Notes under the pieces: generated by a model
Databases searched by the model: none
What the model was told of the DNA's origin: nothing
Seen by the model: only the letters and a program-made list of their open reading frames with translations
Position numbers and translations under genes: made by a program
Part shown: piece after piece, positions 37,926 to 43,201 of the stretch
Numbering within the stretch: position 1 is the first letter of the stretch
Layout: each line of letters begins with the position of its first letter
Origin: a virus
Reading direction: 5' to 3' (one strand)
DNA length: 64,000 nucleotides
IMG/VR virus record: IMGVR_UViG_3300021090_000723
Span: 32,001 to 96,000 of that record

Positions 37926-38096
37926 CGTGTCCTCCGGGCGCCGAGCGCGCCAGGCGTGGGCGGCGCGAGCTTGCGCTTCATGCGCGACTGAGAAAGGGCG
38001 CCGACCGCCGAGGGGGCGCTCATCCTCGGCATCCTCGGGCGCGGCCGCTTCACGCCAGCGCGGATCGCTGACGGCTTCTTCTTGCGGGTGCCCATG
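37922..38096 (-). CDS. Small Arg/Lys-rich protein (start MGTRKKK)
   Basis: Stop overlaps next start; weak RBS. Confidence 0.45.
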
Positions 38097-38176
38097 CTGA
38101 GGGGGGAGACGACGGACGGAAAGTCGGAACTGCGCATGCGGCTCTCACCCAAGATGGTGCGGCGGTTAGACCAACC

Positions 38177-38215
38177 GCCAGCGGGAGAGCACGCCGACGC
38201 AGAACGCGGAGCATA
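38177..38215 (-). promoter_or_regulatory. Repeated late leader element, copy 2
   Basis: TATGCT then GTCGGCG-tgctctcc-CGCTGGC. Confidence 0.5.
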
Positions 38216-38240
38216 AACGAGACGGTGACGATGCGAAAGG

Positions 38241-38315
38241 TGGCAGCTGCTGAGGGAGTCGAACCCTACGTCCCCGGAGTCAAAGTCCGGTGCCCTACCG
38301 TTAGACCAAGCAGCC
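38241..38315 (-). tRNA. trnQ: tRNA-Gln(UUG)
   Basis: CCGGA-CT TTG AC-TCCGG; TTCGA T-loop; CCA end. Confidence 0.92.
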
Positions 38316-38316
38316 G

Positions 38317-38392
38317 TGGCGCGCCCAGGGGGAGTCGAACCCTCCGTTTGCCGATTGAGAATCGGCGTTCCTGACCGTTAGAAGATGGGCGC
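38317..38392 (-). tRNA. trnE: tRNA-Glu(CUC)
   Basis: GCCGA-TT CTC AA-TCGGC; CCA end. Confidence 0.92.
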
Positions 38393-38394
38393 AT

Positions 38395-38468
38395 TGGCGC
38401 AGCTGCGGGGAATCGAACCCCGGTTGTCGGAGTGAAAATCCGCTCTCCGGCCACTAGAGGACAGCTGC
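38395..38468 (-). tRNA. trnE: tRNA-Glu(UUC)
   Basis: GCGGA-TT TTC AC-TCCGA; CCA end. Confidence 0.9.
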
Positions 38469-38471
38469 GAT

Positions 38472-38545
38472 TGGCGAGGGTGCGACGAATCGAACGCCGG
38501 TCATCGGGTTTGGAAGCCGAGGCCCTACCACTGGGCGACACCCCC
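38472..38545 (-). tRNA. trnW: tRNA-Trp(CCA)
   Basis: TCGGC-TT CCA AA-CCCGA (C31-C39 mismatch); G73; CCA end. Confidence 0.85.
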
Positions 38546-38550
38546 TGAAG

Positions 38551-38624
38551 TGGTGCGGACGGAGAGGATCGAACTCTCACCCCCGGGTTGGAAGCCCGGT
38601 ACTCTGCCGTAGAGCTACGTCCGC
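38551..38624 (-). tRNA. trnG: tRNA-Gly(UCC)
   Basis: CCGGG-CT TCC AA-CCCGG; A73; CCA end. Confidence 0.92.
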
Positions 38625-38625
38625 G

Positions 38626-38696
38626 TGCGGGTCGCCGGAATCGAACCGGCATCAGCGGAGTGGCACTCCGCGGCCCAGCCAATAGACCAGACCCGC
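38626..38696 (-). tRNA. trnG: tRNA-Gly(GCC), no encoded CCA
   Basis: GCGGA-GT GCC AC-TCCGC. Confidence 0.88.
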
Positions 38697-38701
38697 AAAA
38701 A

Positions 38702-38776
38702 TGGACATGCGCGCCGGAATCGAACCGGCTCATCGCGATTTTGCAGACCGCCGCGTTCCCACCTCGCCCGCGCATG
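38702..38776 (-). tRNA. trnC: tRNA-Cys(GCA)
   Basis: GCGGT-CT GCA AA-ATCGC; U73; CCA end. Confidence 0.9.
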
Positions 38777-38819
38777 CAAGCATCCAGTTCAGTTTGCGAA
38801 ATTTCGATATTTCGATATT

Positions 38820-38893
38820 TGGCGACCCCACATGGATTTGAACCACGATTTCCAGAGTCAGAGTCTGGCGGCCTACCGTTGGCCGATGGAGCC
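38820..38893 (-). tRNA. trnQ: tRNA-Gln(CUG)
   Basis: CCAGA-CT CTG AC-TCTGG; CCA end. Confidence 0.92.
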
Positions 38894-38900
38894 TTGGAAA

Positions 38901-38977
38901 TGGTTGCGGGGGTCGGAATCGAACCGACGACGCCTGCGCCTTCAACGCAGCGCTCTACCGGACTGAGCTACCCCGCC
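38901..38977 (-). tRNA. trnF: tRNA-Phe(GAA)
   Basis: CTGCG-TT GAA GG-CGCAG; G1-A72 mismatch; CCA end. Confidence 0.9.
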
Positions 38978-38995
38978 AAGAGGCAGCGCGTTGGC

Positions 38996-39043
38996 TTATC
39001 GCCAACAACCTCGTTCGGGAAATCGTTGCTGTCGATTGAGCAT
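38996..39043 (-). CDS. tRNA-block leader peptide D: MLNRQQRFPERGCWR
   Basis: ATG CTC AAT CGA CAG CAA CGA TTT CCC GAA CGA GGT TGT TGG CGA TAA; lists N,Q,Q,F,E,G,C,W, the amino acids of the surrounding tRNA block. Confidence 0.8.
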   Translation of the reverse strand: MLNRQQRFPERGCWR

Positions 39044-39048
39044 GCCAA

Positions 39049-39123
39049 TGGCTGCGGAGGACGGGCTCGAACCGCCGACCTCGCACTTAACAGGCGCTCG
39101 CTCTACCACTGAGCTACTCCGCA
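39049..39123 (-). tRNA. trnN: tRNA-Asn(GUU)
   Basis: AGCGC-CT GTT AA-GTGCG; G73; CCA end. Confidence 0.92.
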
Positions 39124-39147
39124 CTGCCGTCTCCATTGGTTGGCCCA

Positions 39148-39195
39148 CCAGGTGGGCGAGGCGCCGGTTTTGTCAACCGGGCCCCGAAATGTCAA
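39148..39195 (-). promoter_or_regulatory. Putative promoter of tRNA block D
   Basis: Two TTGACA hexamers (39195-39190 and 39176-39171); -10 poorly conserved. Confidence 0.55.
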
Positions 39196-39208
39196 GCAGA
39201 GTGTAAAG

Positions 39209-39284
39209 TGGCGTCCCCGGTAGGAATCGAACCCACGTCTGGCCGGATTAGAAGTCCGGTGCCTTTCCGCTAGGCTACGGGGAC
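39209..39284 (-). tRNA. trnR: tRNA-Arg(UCU)
   Basis: CCGGA-CT TCT AA-TCCGG; CCA end. Confidence 0.92.
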
Positions 39285-39286
39285 GT

Positions 39287-39361
39287 TGGAGGACCAGGCG
39301 GGGCTCGAACCCGCAACCGTTCGATTAAAAGTCGACTGCACCACCATCGTGCTGCTGGTCC
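39287..39361 (-). tRNA. trnK: tRNA-Lys(UUU)
   Basis: GTCGA-CT TTT AA-TCGAA; C8; CCA end. Confidence 0.9.
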
Positions 39362-39362
39362 G

Positions 39363-39434
39363 TGAACCGGGTGGGACTTGAACCCACAACCATCGGATTA
39401 AGAGTCCGCCGCACCACCATCGTGCTGCCGGTTC
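39363..39434 (-). tRNA. trnK: tRNA-Lys(CUU), no encoded CCA
   Basis: GCGGA-CT CTT AA-TCCGA; D-arm identical to Lys(UUU). Confidence 0.88.
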
Positions 39435-39465
39435 AAAACGATCGCCGACTATAGTCGGCGGAAGT

Positions 39466-39540
39466 TGGCGTGCGCGGAGGGAGTCGAACCCACAGCTTCC
39501 AGATTCGTAATCTGGCGCTCTTCCGTTGAGCTTCGCGCAC
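39466..39540 (-). tRNA. trnR: tRNA-Arg(ACG)
   Basis: CCAGA-TT ACG AA-TCTGG; A8; CCA end. Confidence 0.92.
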
Positions 39541-39544
39541 AAAC

Positions 39545-39619
39545 TGGCGTTCCCGGGTGGATTCGAACCACCGCCCTTCAGATCCGGAATCTGACGCTCC
39601 TCCGCTGAGCCACGGGAAC
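39545..39619 (-). tRNA. trnR: tRNA-Arg(CCG)
   Basis: TCAGA-TT CCG GA-TCTGA; CCA end. Confidence 0.92.
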
Positions 39620-39649
39620 AAGTCAAAAATCGCCACATCTGACGTAAAC

Positions 39650-39724
39650 TGGCGCGCGTTAGGGGTATCGAACCCCTGACCTTCCGGTTGACAACCGGGT
39701 GCTCTCCCTCTGAGCTAAACGCGC
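39650..39724 (-). tRNA. trnD: tRNA-Asp(GUC)
   Basis: CCCGG-TT GTC AA-CCGGA; G73; CCA end. Confidence 0.92.
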
Positions 39725-39728
39725 AGTC

Positions 39729-39805
39729 TGGTCGCAGGGGCTGGGATCGAACCAGCGCATGACGCCCTTATGAGGGGCGGGCCTTTCCAGCTTGGCTACC
39801 CTGCG
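39729..39805 (-). tRNA. trnM: tRNA-Met(CAU) elongator (or Ile2)
   Basis: CGCCC-CT CAT AA-GGGCG; paired 1:72; CCA end. Confidence 0.85.
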
Positions 39806-39877
39806 TCGTTCTGGATGGTCTCGAACCACCGTCCTCACGATTATCGGTCGCGCGCTCTACCACTGAGCTACAGAACG
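39806..39877 (-). tRNA. trnI: tRNA-Ile(GAU), no CCA, abuts tRNA-Met with zero spacer
   Basis: CGCGA-CC GAT AA-TCGTG (C33). Confidence 0.85.
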
Positions 39878-39881
39878 TCAT

Positions 39882-39956
39882 TGGTACGCGCAGAGGGGAT
39901 CGAACCCACCGTTTCCGGGTCCACAACCCAGCGTCCTTCCATTGGACGATGCGCGC
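39882..39956 (-). tRNA. trnH: tRNA-His(GUG), alphaproteobacterial type
   Basis: CTGGG-TT GTG GA-CCCGG; no G-1; G1-U72; A73; CCA end. Confidence 0.92.
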
Positions 39957-39960
39957 GAAT

Positions 39961-40037
39961 TGGTCTGAGCGGCAGGATTCGAACCTGCGTGTACCTGGTC
40001 CCAAACCAGGTGCGTGACCAGGCTACGCTACGCTCAG
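39961..40037 (-). tRNA. trnP: tRNA-Pro(UGG)
   Basis: CCTGG-TT TGG GA-CCAGG; C1-G72; CCA end. Confidence 0.92.
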
Positions 40038-40042
40038 GAAAA

Positions 40043-40119
40043 TGGTCGCCCCTGCACGGAATCGAACCTGCGACCTCCCGGGTGTAGGCCGGGCACTCTA
40101 CCAGCTGAGCTAAGGGGCG
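40043..40119 (-). tRNA. trnV: tRNA-Val(UAC)
   Basis: CCCGG-CC TAC AC-CCGGG (C33); one-base T-stem bulge; CCA end. Confidence 0.85.
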
Positions 40120-40171
40120 GCGCGGTGAACGGGGGAGCGGGCGTGGGCCCGCGGTGAGGGACGAGGTCGCC

Positions 40172-40249
40172 TTAGGCGACGACTATCCTATGCGGTCGAA
40201 TGGACATTCGCCGCTTTCTTGGATCTCGTGGTTTGAGAACCGTGCTCAT
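40172..40249 (-). CDS. tRNA-block leader peptide C: MSTVLKPRDPRKRRMSIRPHRIVVA
   Basis: ATG AGC ACG GTT CTC AAA CCA CGA GAT CCA AGA AAG CGG CGA ATG TCC ATT CGA CCG CAT AGG ATA GTC GTC GCC TAA; contains V,P,H,I,M,D,R,K, all downstream tRNA identities. Confidence 0.8.
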   Translation of the reverse strand: MSTVLKPRDPRKRRMSIRPHRIVVA

Positions 40250-40257
40250 GGCCGGGG

Positions 40258-40286
40258 TGTATGACGGATCATCTTGTTGTCGTCAA
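40258..40286 (-). promoter_or_regulatory. Promoter of tRNA block C (leaderless start)
   Basis: TTGACG-17 nt-CATACA, 8 nt before the leader ATG. Confidence 0.65.
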
Positions 40287-40294
40287 CAACGTGA

Positions 40295-40381
40295 TGGTCG
40301 GAGCGGAGGGATTCGAACCCTCTAGCCGCAAGCGGACCGGATTTACAGTCCGGCGCAACCCACCGTCTTTGCCGCGCTCCG
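40295..40381 (-). tRNA. trnY: tRNA-Tyr(GUA)
   Basis: CCGGA-CT GTA AA-TCCGG; long variable arm; C1-G72; CCA end. Confidence 0.92.
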
Positions 40382-40417
40382 TATATCAAACAGGCCGTTT
40401 CGGTATACGTTTGAGAT

Positions 40418-40499
40418 TGGTAGGCCCGGAGAGATTTGAACTCTCACGCCGAGGCGCCTGCTTCTGAGGCAGGTGTGTCTGCCGTTCCACCACGGGCCC
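40418..40499 (-). tRNA. trnL: tRNA-Leu(CAG)
   Basis: CCTGC-CT CAG AA-GCAGG; variable arm; CCA end. Confidence 0.92.
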
Positions 40500-40501
40500 A
40501 C

Positions 40502-40578
40502 TGGTAGGCGCGGAGAGACTCGAACTCTCAGATGTCGGGATTTAACGCCGATGCGTCTGCCGATTCCGCCACGCGCCC
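40502..40578 (-). tRNA. trnL: tRNA-Leu(UAA) lacking the long variable arm
   Basis: Leu-type D-arm GTGGCGGAATCGGCAGACGC; TCGGC-GT TAA AT-CCCGA; 5-nt variable loop; CCA end. Confidence 0.8.
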
Positions 40579-40585
40579 GAGAAGC

Positions 40586-40627
40586 TCAGGCAAGTCGTAA
40601 GGTGCGGTATCGTAGGTTCGTGCGCAT
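40586..40627 (-). CDS. tRNA-block leader peptide B: MRTNLRYRTLRLA
   Basis: ATG CGC ACG AAC CTA CGA TAC CGC ACC TTA CGA CTT GCC TGA; Leu x3 and Tyr ahead of Leu, Leu, Tyr tRNAs. Confidence 0.75.
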   Translation of the reverse strand: MRTNLRYRTLRLA

Positions 40628-40633
40628 GCGATC

Positions 40634-40666
40634 CTTCTTGCATTTCCCCGCGCGGCTGTCTACAGA
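40634..40666. promoter_or_regulatory. Overlapping divergent promoters for tRNA blocks A (+) and B (-)
   Basis: + strand TTGCAT-17-TACAGA (40638-40666); - strand TAGACA (40662-40657) with weak -10. Confidence 0.55.
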
Positions 40667-40675
40667 GCGGCCACC

Positions 40676-40738
40676 ATGTTCCGAACGCGAACCACTCGAG
40701 CGGCACGAGCCGCAACACGATCAAGTTCCTCTTCCTGA
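40676..40738 (+). CDS. tRNA-block leader peptide A: MFRTRTTRAARAATRSSSSS
   Basis: ATG TTC CGA ACG CGA ACC ACT CGA GCG GCA CGA GCC GCA ACA CGA TCA AGT TCC TCT TCC TGA; Thr/Ala/Ser ahead of Ser, Ser, Ala, Thr tRNAs. Confidence 0.82.
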   Translation: MFRTRTTRAARAATRSSSSS

Positions 40739-40741
40739 TAC

Positions 40742-40829
40742 GGAAGGGTGGCAGAGTGGTTTATTGCGGCGCACTGCTAACGCGCCGGACCTGAAGGTCC
40801 CGTAGGTTCGAATCCTATCCCTTCCGCCA
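40742..40829 (+). tRNA. trnS: tRNA-Ser(GCU)
   Basis: GCGCA-CT GCT AA-CGCGC; long variable arm; G73; CCA end. Confidence 0.92.
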
Positions 40830-40834
40830 ATCTC

Positions 40835-40923
40835 GGATGGGTCCGCTGCGTGGGCGGCAACCGGCTTCGAATACCGGCATGGGGTCCGTCAGGGCAGGGG
40901 TTCAACTCCTCACCCATCCGCCA
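40835..40923 (+). tRNA. trnS: tRNA-Ser(CGA), probable 8/4 fold
   Basis: CCGGC-TT CGA AT-ACCGG; acceptor GGATGGGT/ACCCATCC (8 bp); 4-bp T-stem; G73; CCA end. Confidence 0.8.
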
Positions 40924-40942
40924 ATCTTCCAGATCAGGATAA

Positions 40943-41017
40943 GGGCTCGTAGCTCAGCGGGAGAGCACCGGCTTTGCATACCGGGTGTCGTGGGTTCGAT
41001 TCCCACCGGGTCCACCA
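40943..41017 (+). tRNA. trnA: tRNA-Ala(UGC)
   Basis: CCGGC-TT TGC AT-ACCGG; G3-U70; CCA end. Confidence 0.92.
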
Positions 41018-41027
41018 GTTTGGAAAT

Positions 41028-41104
41028 GCCGGCGTAGCTCAGATGGTAGAGCAGTGTCTTTGTAATTCACAGGTCGCGGGTTCGAGTCCTCGCCGCCGGC
41101 TCCA
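41028..41104 (+). tRNA. trnT: tRNA-Thr(UGU), weak anticodon stem
   Basis: GTGTC-TT TGT AA-TTCAC; GCCGGCG acceptor; CCA end. Confidence 0.82.
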
Positions 41105-41108
41105 AACC

Positions 41109-41429
41109 TCACCCGAGGGTGCAGATCGTGAATCGACCGCGCTTCGAGAACAGCTGCTTGGTCGCGTCCGTGTACCGCAGCTGGACGTGCCAGTTACCGG
41201 CTTGATCGAGTTGTCCGATGGTGAAGGTGTAGGTCACATACTCGTTGGGGAGGAACGTGCCGACCTCCGTCACGATTTCGAGCGCGCCCAGTTCCACGGC
41301 GGGGTTGGTCACCACCAGCGTGGTGTTGTCCGGCTTGGTGAAGGTGAGTTCGAGCCCGGTGAAGGCTGACATATCGTAGCCGACACCGAAGCGGATCTGG
41401 ACGCCGAAACTACCAACGAAAATGGTCAT
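41109..41429 (-). CDS. Small beta-sandwich virion protein (BppU-like)
   Basis: L.FTKPD.T, Y.F..G.LDQAG.W..Q motif; GAGGGG RBS. Confidence 0.6.
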   Translation of the reverse strand: MTIFVGSFGVQIRFGVGYDMSAFTGLELTFTKPDNTTLVVTNPAVELGALEIVTEVGTFLPNEYVTYTFTIGQLDQAGNWHVQLRYTDATKQLFSKRGRFTICTLG

Positions 41430-41449
41430 GCTGGCTTAGCCCCTCTGTG

Positions 41450-41500
41450 GACCAGCCAGCGGACAAGCGCCGACCCTGCTTCGCGACTTGTAGCATATCA
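41450..41500 (-). promoter_or_regulatory. Repeated late leader element, copy 3
   Basis: TGaTATGCT then GGGTCGGCG-cttgtc-CGCTGGCTGGTC. Confidence 0.65.
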
Positions 41501-41692
41501 CGGGCATGCGCACCCCGGCTCATAGACATCAATCGTGGCCTGCCCCATGGGCGAGCACGGCTTCGCGGCGAGCGTGTCCAGCATACTGCTCCACACATTG
41601 AGCACGTCCATCATCGCCGCCGGCTCCCCGGGACACAGTTCCGGGGTAACGTCGATTGGCCCTTCACTGATGGATGCACATGGGTCCGGCAT
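41498..41692 (-). CDS. Small Cys/Pro-rich protein (start MPDPC)
   Basis: GAGGAGGAG RBS. Confidence 0.55.
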   Translation of the reverse strand: MPDPCASISEGPIDVTPELCPGEPAAMMDVLNVWSSMLDTLAAKPCSPMGQATIDVYEPGCACP

Positions 41693-41693
41693 G

Positions 41694-42335
41694 TCAGCAC
41701 TCCTCCTCGCAGCATGGGTTTCCATCAACGGCGAAATTGTCGGTCATCGGCGCATAGACCGCGAACGTCGGGACGAACGGCGGGGGTGGTAACTGCCCCG
41801 TTGCGAACGTGGACAAGATCGCGCCGGACAGTTTTGGCCTCAGCCTGATCGGCTCGGAGAGCGGCTGGAACCACTTCGAGACGAGCGTGGTCTCGGGCAG
41901 CGTCATGCCGAACGGGCTGATCGTGGTCGTCATCTGCAACGATGCGCGCAGGCCGCGCTTCAGCCGCGCCGGCTCGCGCCACGGGGCGTACCATTTGTCG
42001 AGCGTGACGACCTCGGTCTGGAAGTGCCAGACCATGGCCAGCTGGAACGCAACCGGCCGCTTCGTGCGGATCGGCTGGGAGAGCGGGATCAGCCAGCGAT
42101 CGACCGTCACGGCCTCCGCGTCCGTCATACTCTGCGGGTCCATCGCCGTCGCCTGCTGCTGCGATGGCTTGAGCCCTTGCACGCGCGGTGTCGGCACGTT
42201 GAGCGGCGCGAACCACTGGCTCATGAGGATCGGCCCGCCCACGCTCGTATCCGGCGCCTCGAAGCGCTGTAGCGCCTCTCGTAGCCGCGGCGGCTGGCGC
42301 ACGGGCTCGGATAGAGGGCGGAACCAGTCGTCCAT
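41694..42335 (-). CDS. Protein with five W(F)xPLSEP-type repeats
   Basis: WFRPLSEPVR, WFAPLNVPTP, WLIPLSQPIR, WYAPWREPAR, WFQPLSEPIR. Confidence 0.72.
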   Translation of the reverse strand: MDDWFRPLSEPVRQPPRLREALQRFEAPDTSVGGPILMSQWFAPLNVPTPRVQGLKPSQQQATAMDPQSMTDAEAVTVDRWLIPLSQPIRTKRPVAFQLAMVWHFQTEVVTLDKWYAPWREPARLKRGLRASLQMTTTISPFGMTLPETTLVSKWFQPLSEPIRLRPKLSGAILSTFATGQLPPPPFVPTFAVYAPMTDNFAVDGNPCCEEEC

Positions 42336-42622
42336 TACCTGATCCCATAGGATTCGAGCGAGCGTTGGCGTTCAAGCTGCCGTTCGATCTGCTGCTCGAG
42401 ATCCTTCTCGAACGGGATGCAGGCCGCGCCATTGGCCATGAGACCGGTGCAGCGCGGGCAGAGCAGGCCGGTGCAGCGCGGGCACATTCCCCCGATGTCC
42501 TCGGGGCGCTCGCGCGGCTTGATGTGCGAGTGGCGCTGGCAATGCTTGCACATGAAGGTCTCGCCCTCATGCACCTTGCCGTCGAGGTCCGTCTCGAAGG
42601 TGTACCCGCTCGGCTTGAGCAT
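42335..42622 (-). CDS. Small Zn-finger protein
   Basis: CKHC...CPRCTGLLCPRC...C. Confidence 0.75.
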   Translation of the reverse strand: MLKPSGYTFETDLDGKVHEGETFMCKHCQRHSHIKPRERPEDIGGMCPRCTGLLCPRCTGLMANGAACIPFEKDLEQQIERQLERQRSLESYGIR

Positions 42623-42644
42623 CGCTTACCCCTATCAGTCGGAA

Positions 42645-42672
42645 GGGCGGGAGCGCTTCTGCTCTCCCGCCC
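42645..42672. terminator. Intergenic GC hairpin
   Basis: GGGCGGGAG/CTCCCGCCC 9-bp stem, no U-tract. Confidence 0.35.
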
Positions 42673-42701
42673 CCCGGTAACTTGACGATCAGCGCGAAGG
42701 C

Positions 42702-43169
42702 TTACTCTTCGTGCATCATCGTGCAGGTGGCCGTGCCGGTGTAACCGGCCGAGAGCGCGCGGAAGGCCACGCCGTTCTCGTCCACGGCCGGGATGATGAG
42801 TTCGGAGCCCGGGTTCGCGACCCAGCGATACGAGGCCCGCTGGTTGACGCCGATGAAGAACAGCGACGACGCGGCGGTGATGGTGCCTTCGGCGGTGTAG
42901 TTCGCCTCCGCGATCGAGCCCGCAGCACGGTTGCCCGGATCGATCAGGACGGGGAGGACCGCAGTCGCGGTGCCGGCGGCCGTCTGCCTGGAGATATCGT
43001 ATTCCAGGAAGTTGTCGGCAGGCGTCCCGTTCGTGCCGAAGAGCACGTCATAGACCTTGGCGTTCGTGAGGGTGGCGGTCTCGGCCGTCAGCGAGAGCAG
43101 CGTCTTGAAGGTGCCCGAAATGGCCTGCTGCACGCCACCGAGGTCATTGTTTGAGGAATAGCGCGCCAT
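42702..43169 (-). CDS. Putative virion structural protein
   Basis: GGGAG RBS; Thr/Ala/Gly-rich beta protein. Confidence 0.65.
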   Translation of the reverse strand: MARYSSNNDLGGVQQAISGTFKTLLSLTAETATLTNAKVYDVLFGTNGTPADNFLEYDISRQTAAGTATAVLPVLIDPGNRAAGSIAEANYTAEGTITAASSLFFIGVNQRASYRWVANPGSELIIPAVDENGVAFRALSAGYTGTATCTMMHEE

Positions 43170-43201
43170 AAAATATCTCCCTGGCTTGGCTCAGATTGCG
43201 A

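Noticed and set aside
38472-38545. Reading this tRNA as Gly(UCC)
   Set aside because: D-arm spacing and stem register place CCA at 34-36; G73 fits Trp
38797-38819. Short (A/T)TTTCGAT-like tandem repeat between tRNAs, and the palindrome at 39443-39460
   Set aside because: Too short to assign; plausible processing spacers; not a CRISPR array
40502-40578. Reading this tRNA as an ochre suppressor (anticodon UUA)
   Set aside because: Needs G33 and breaks the anticodon stem; the register gives UAA (Leu)
38266-41369. 60-170 aa ORFs in the track overlapping the tRNA array
   Set aside because: They translate tRNA genes and have no protein-like features; only the four mini-ORFs and the in-frame Asn read-through are kept
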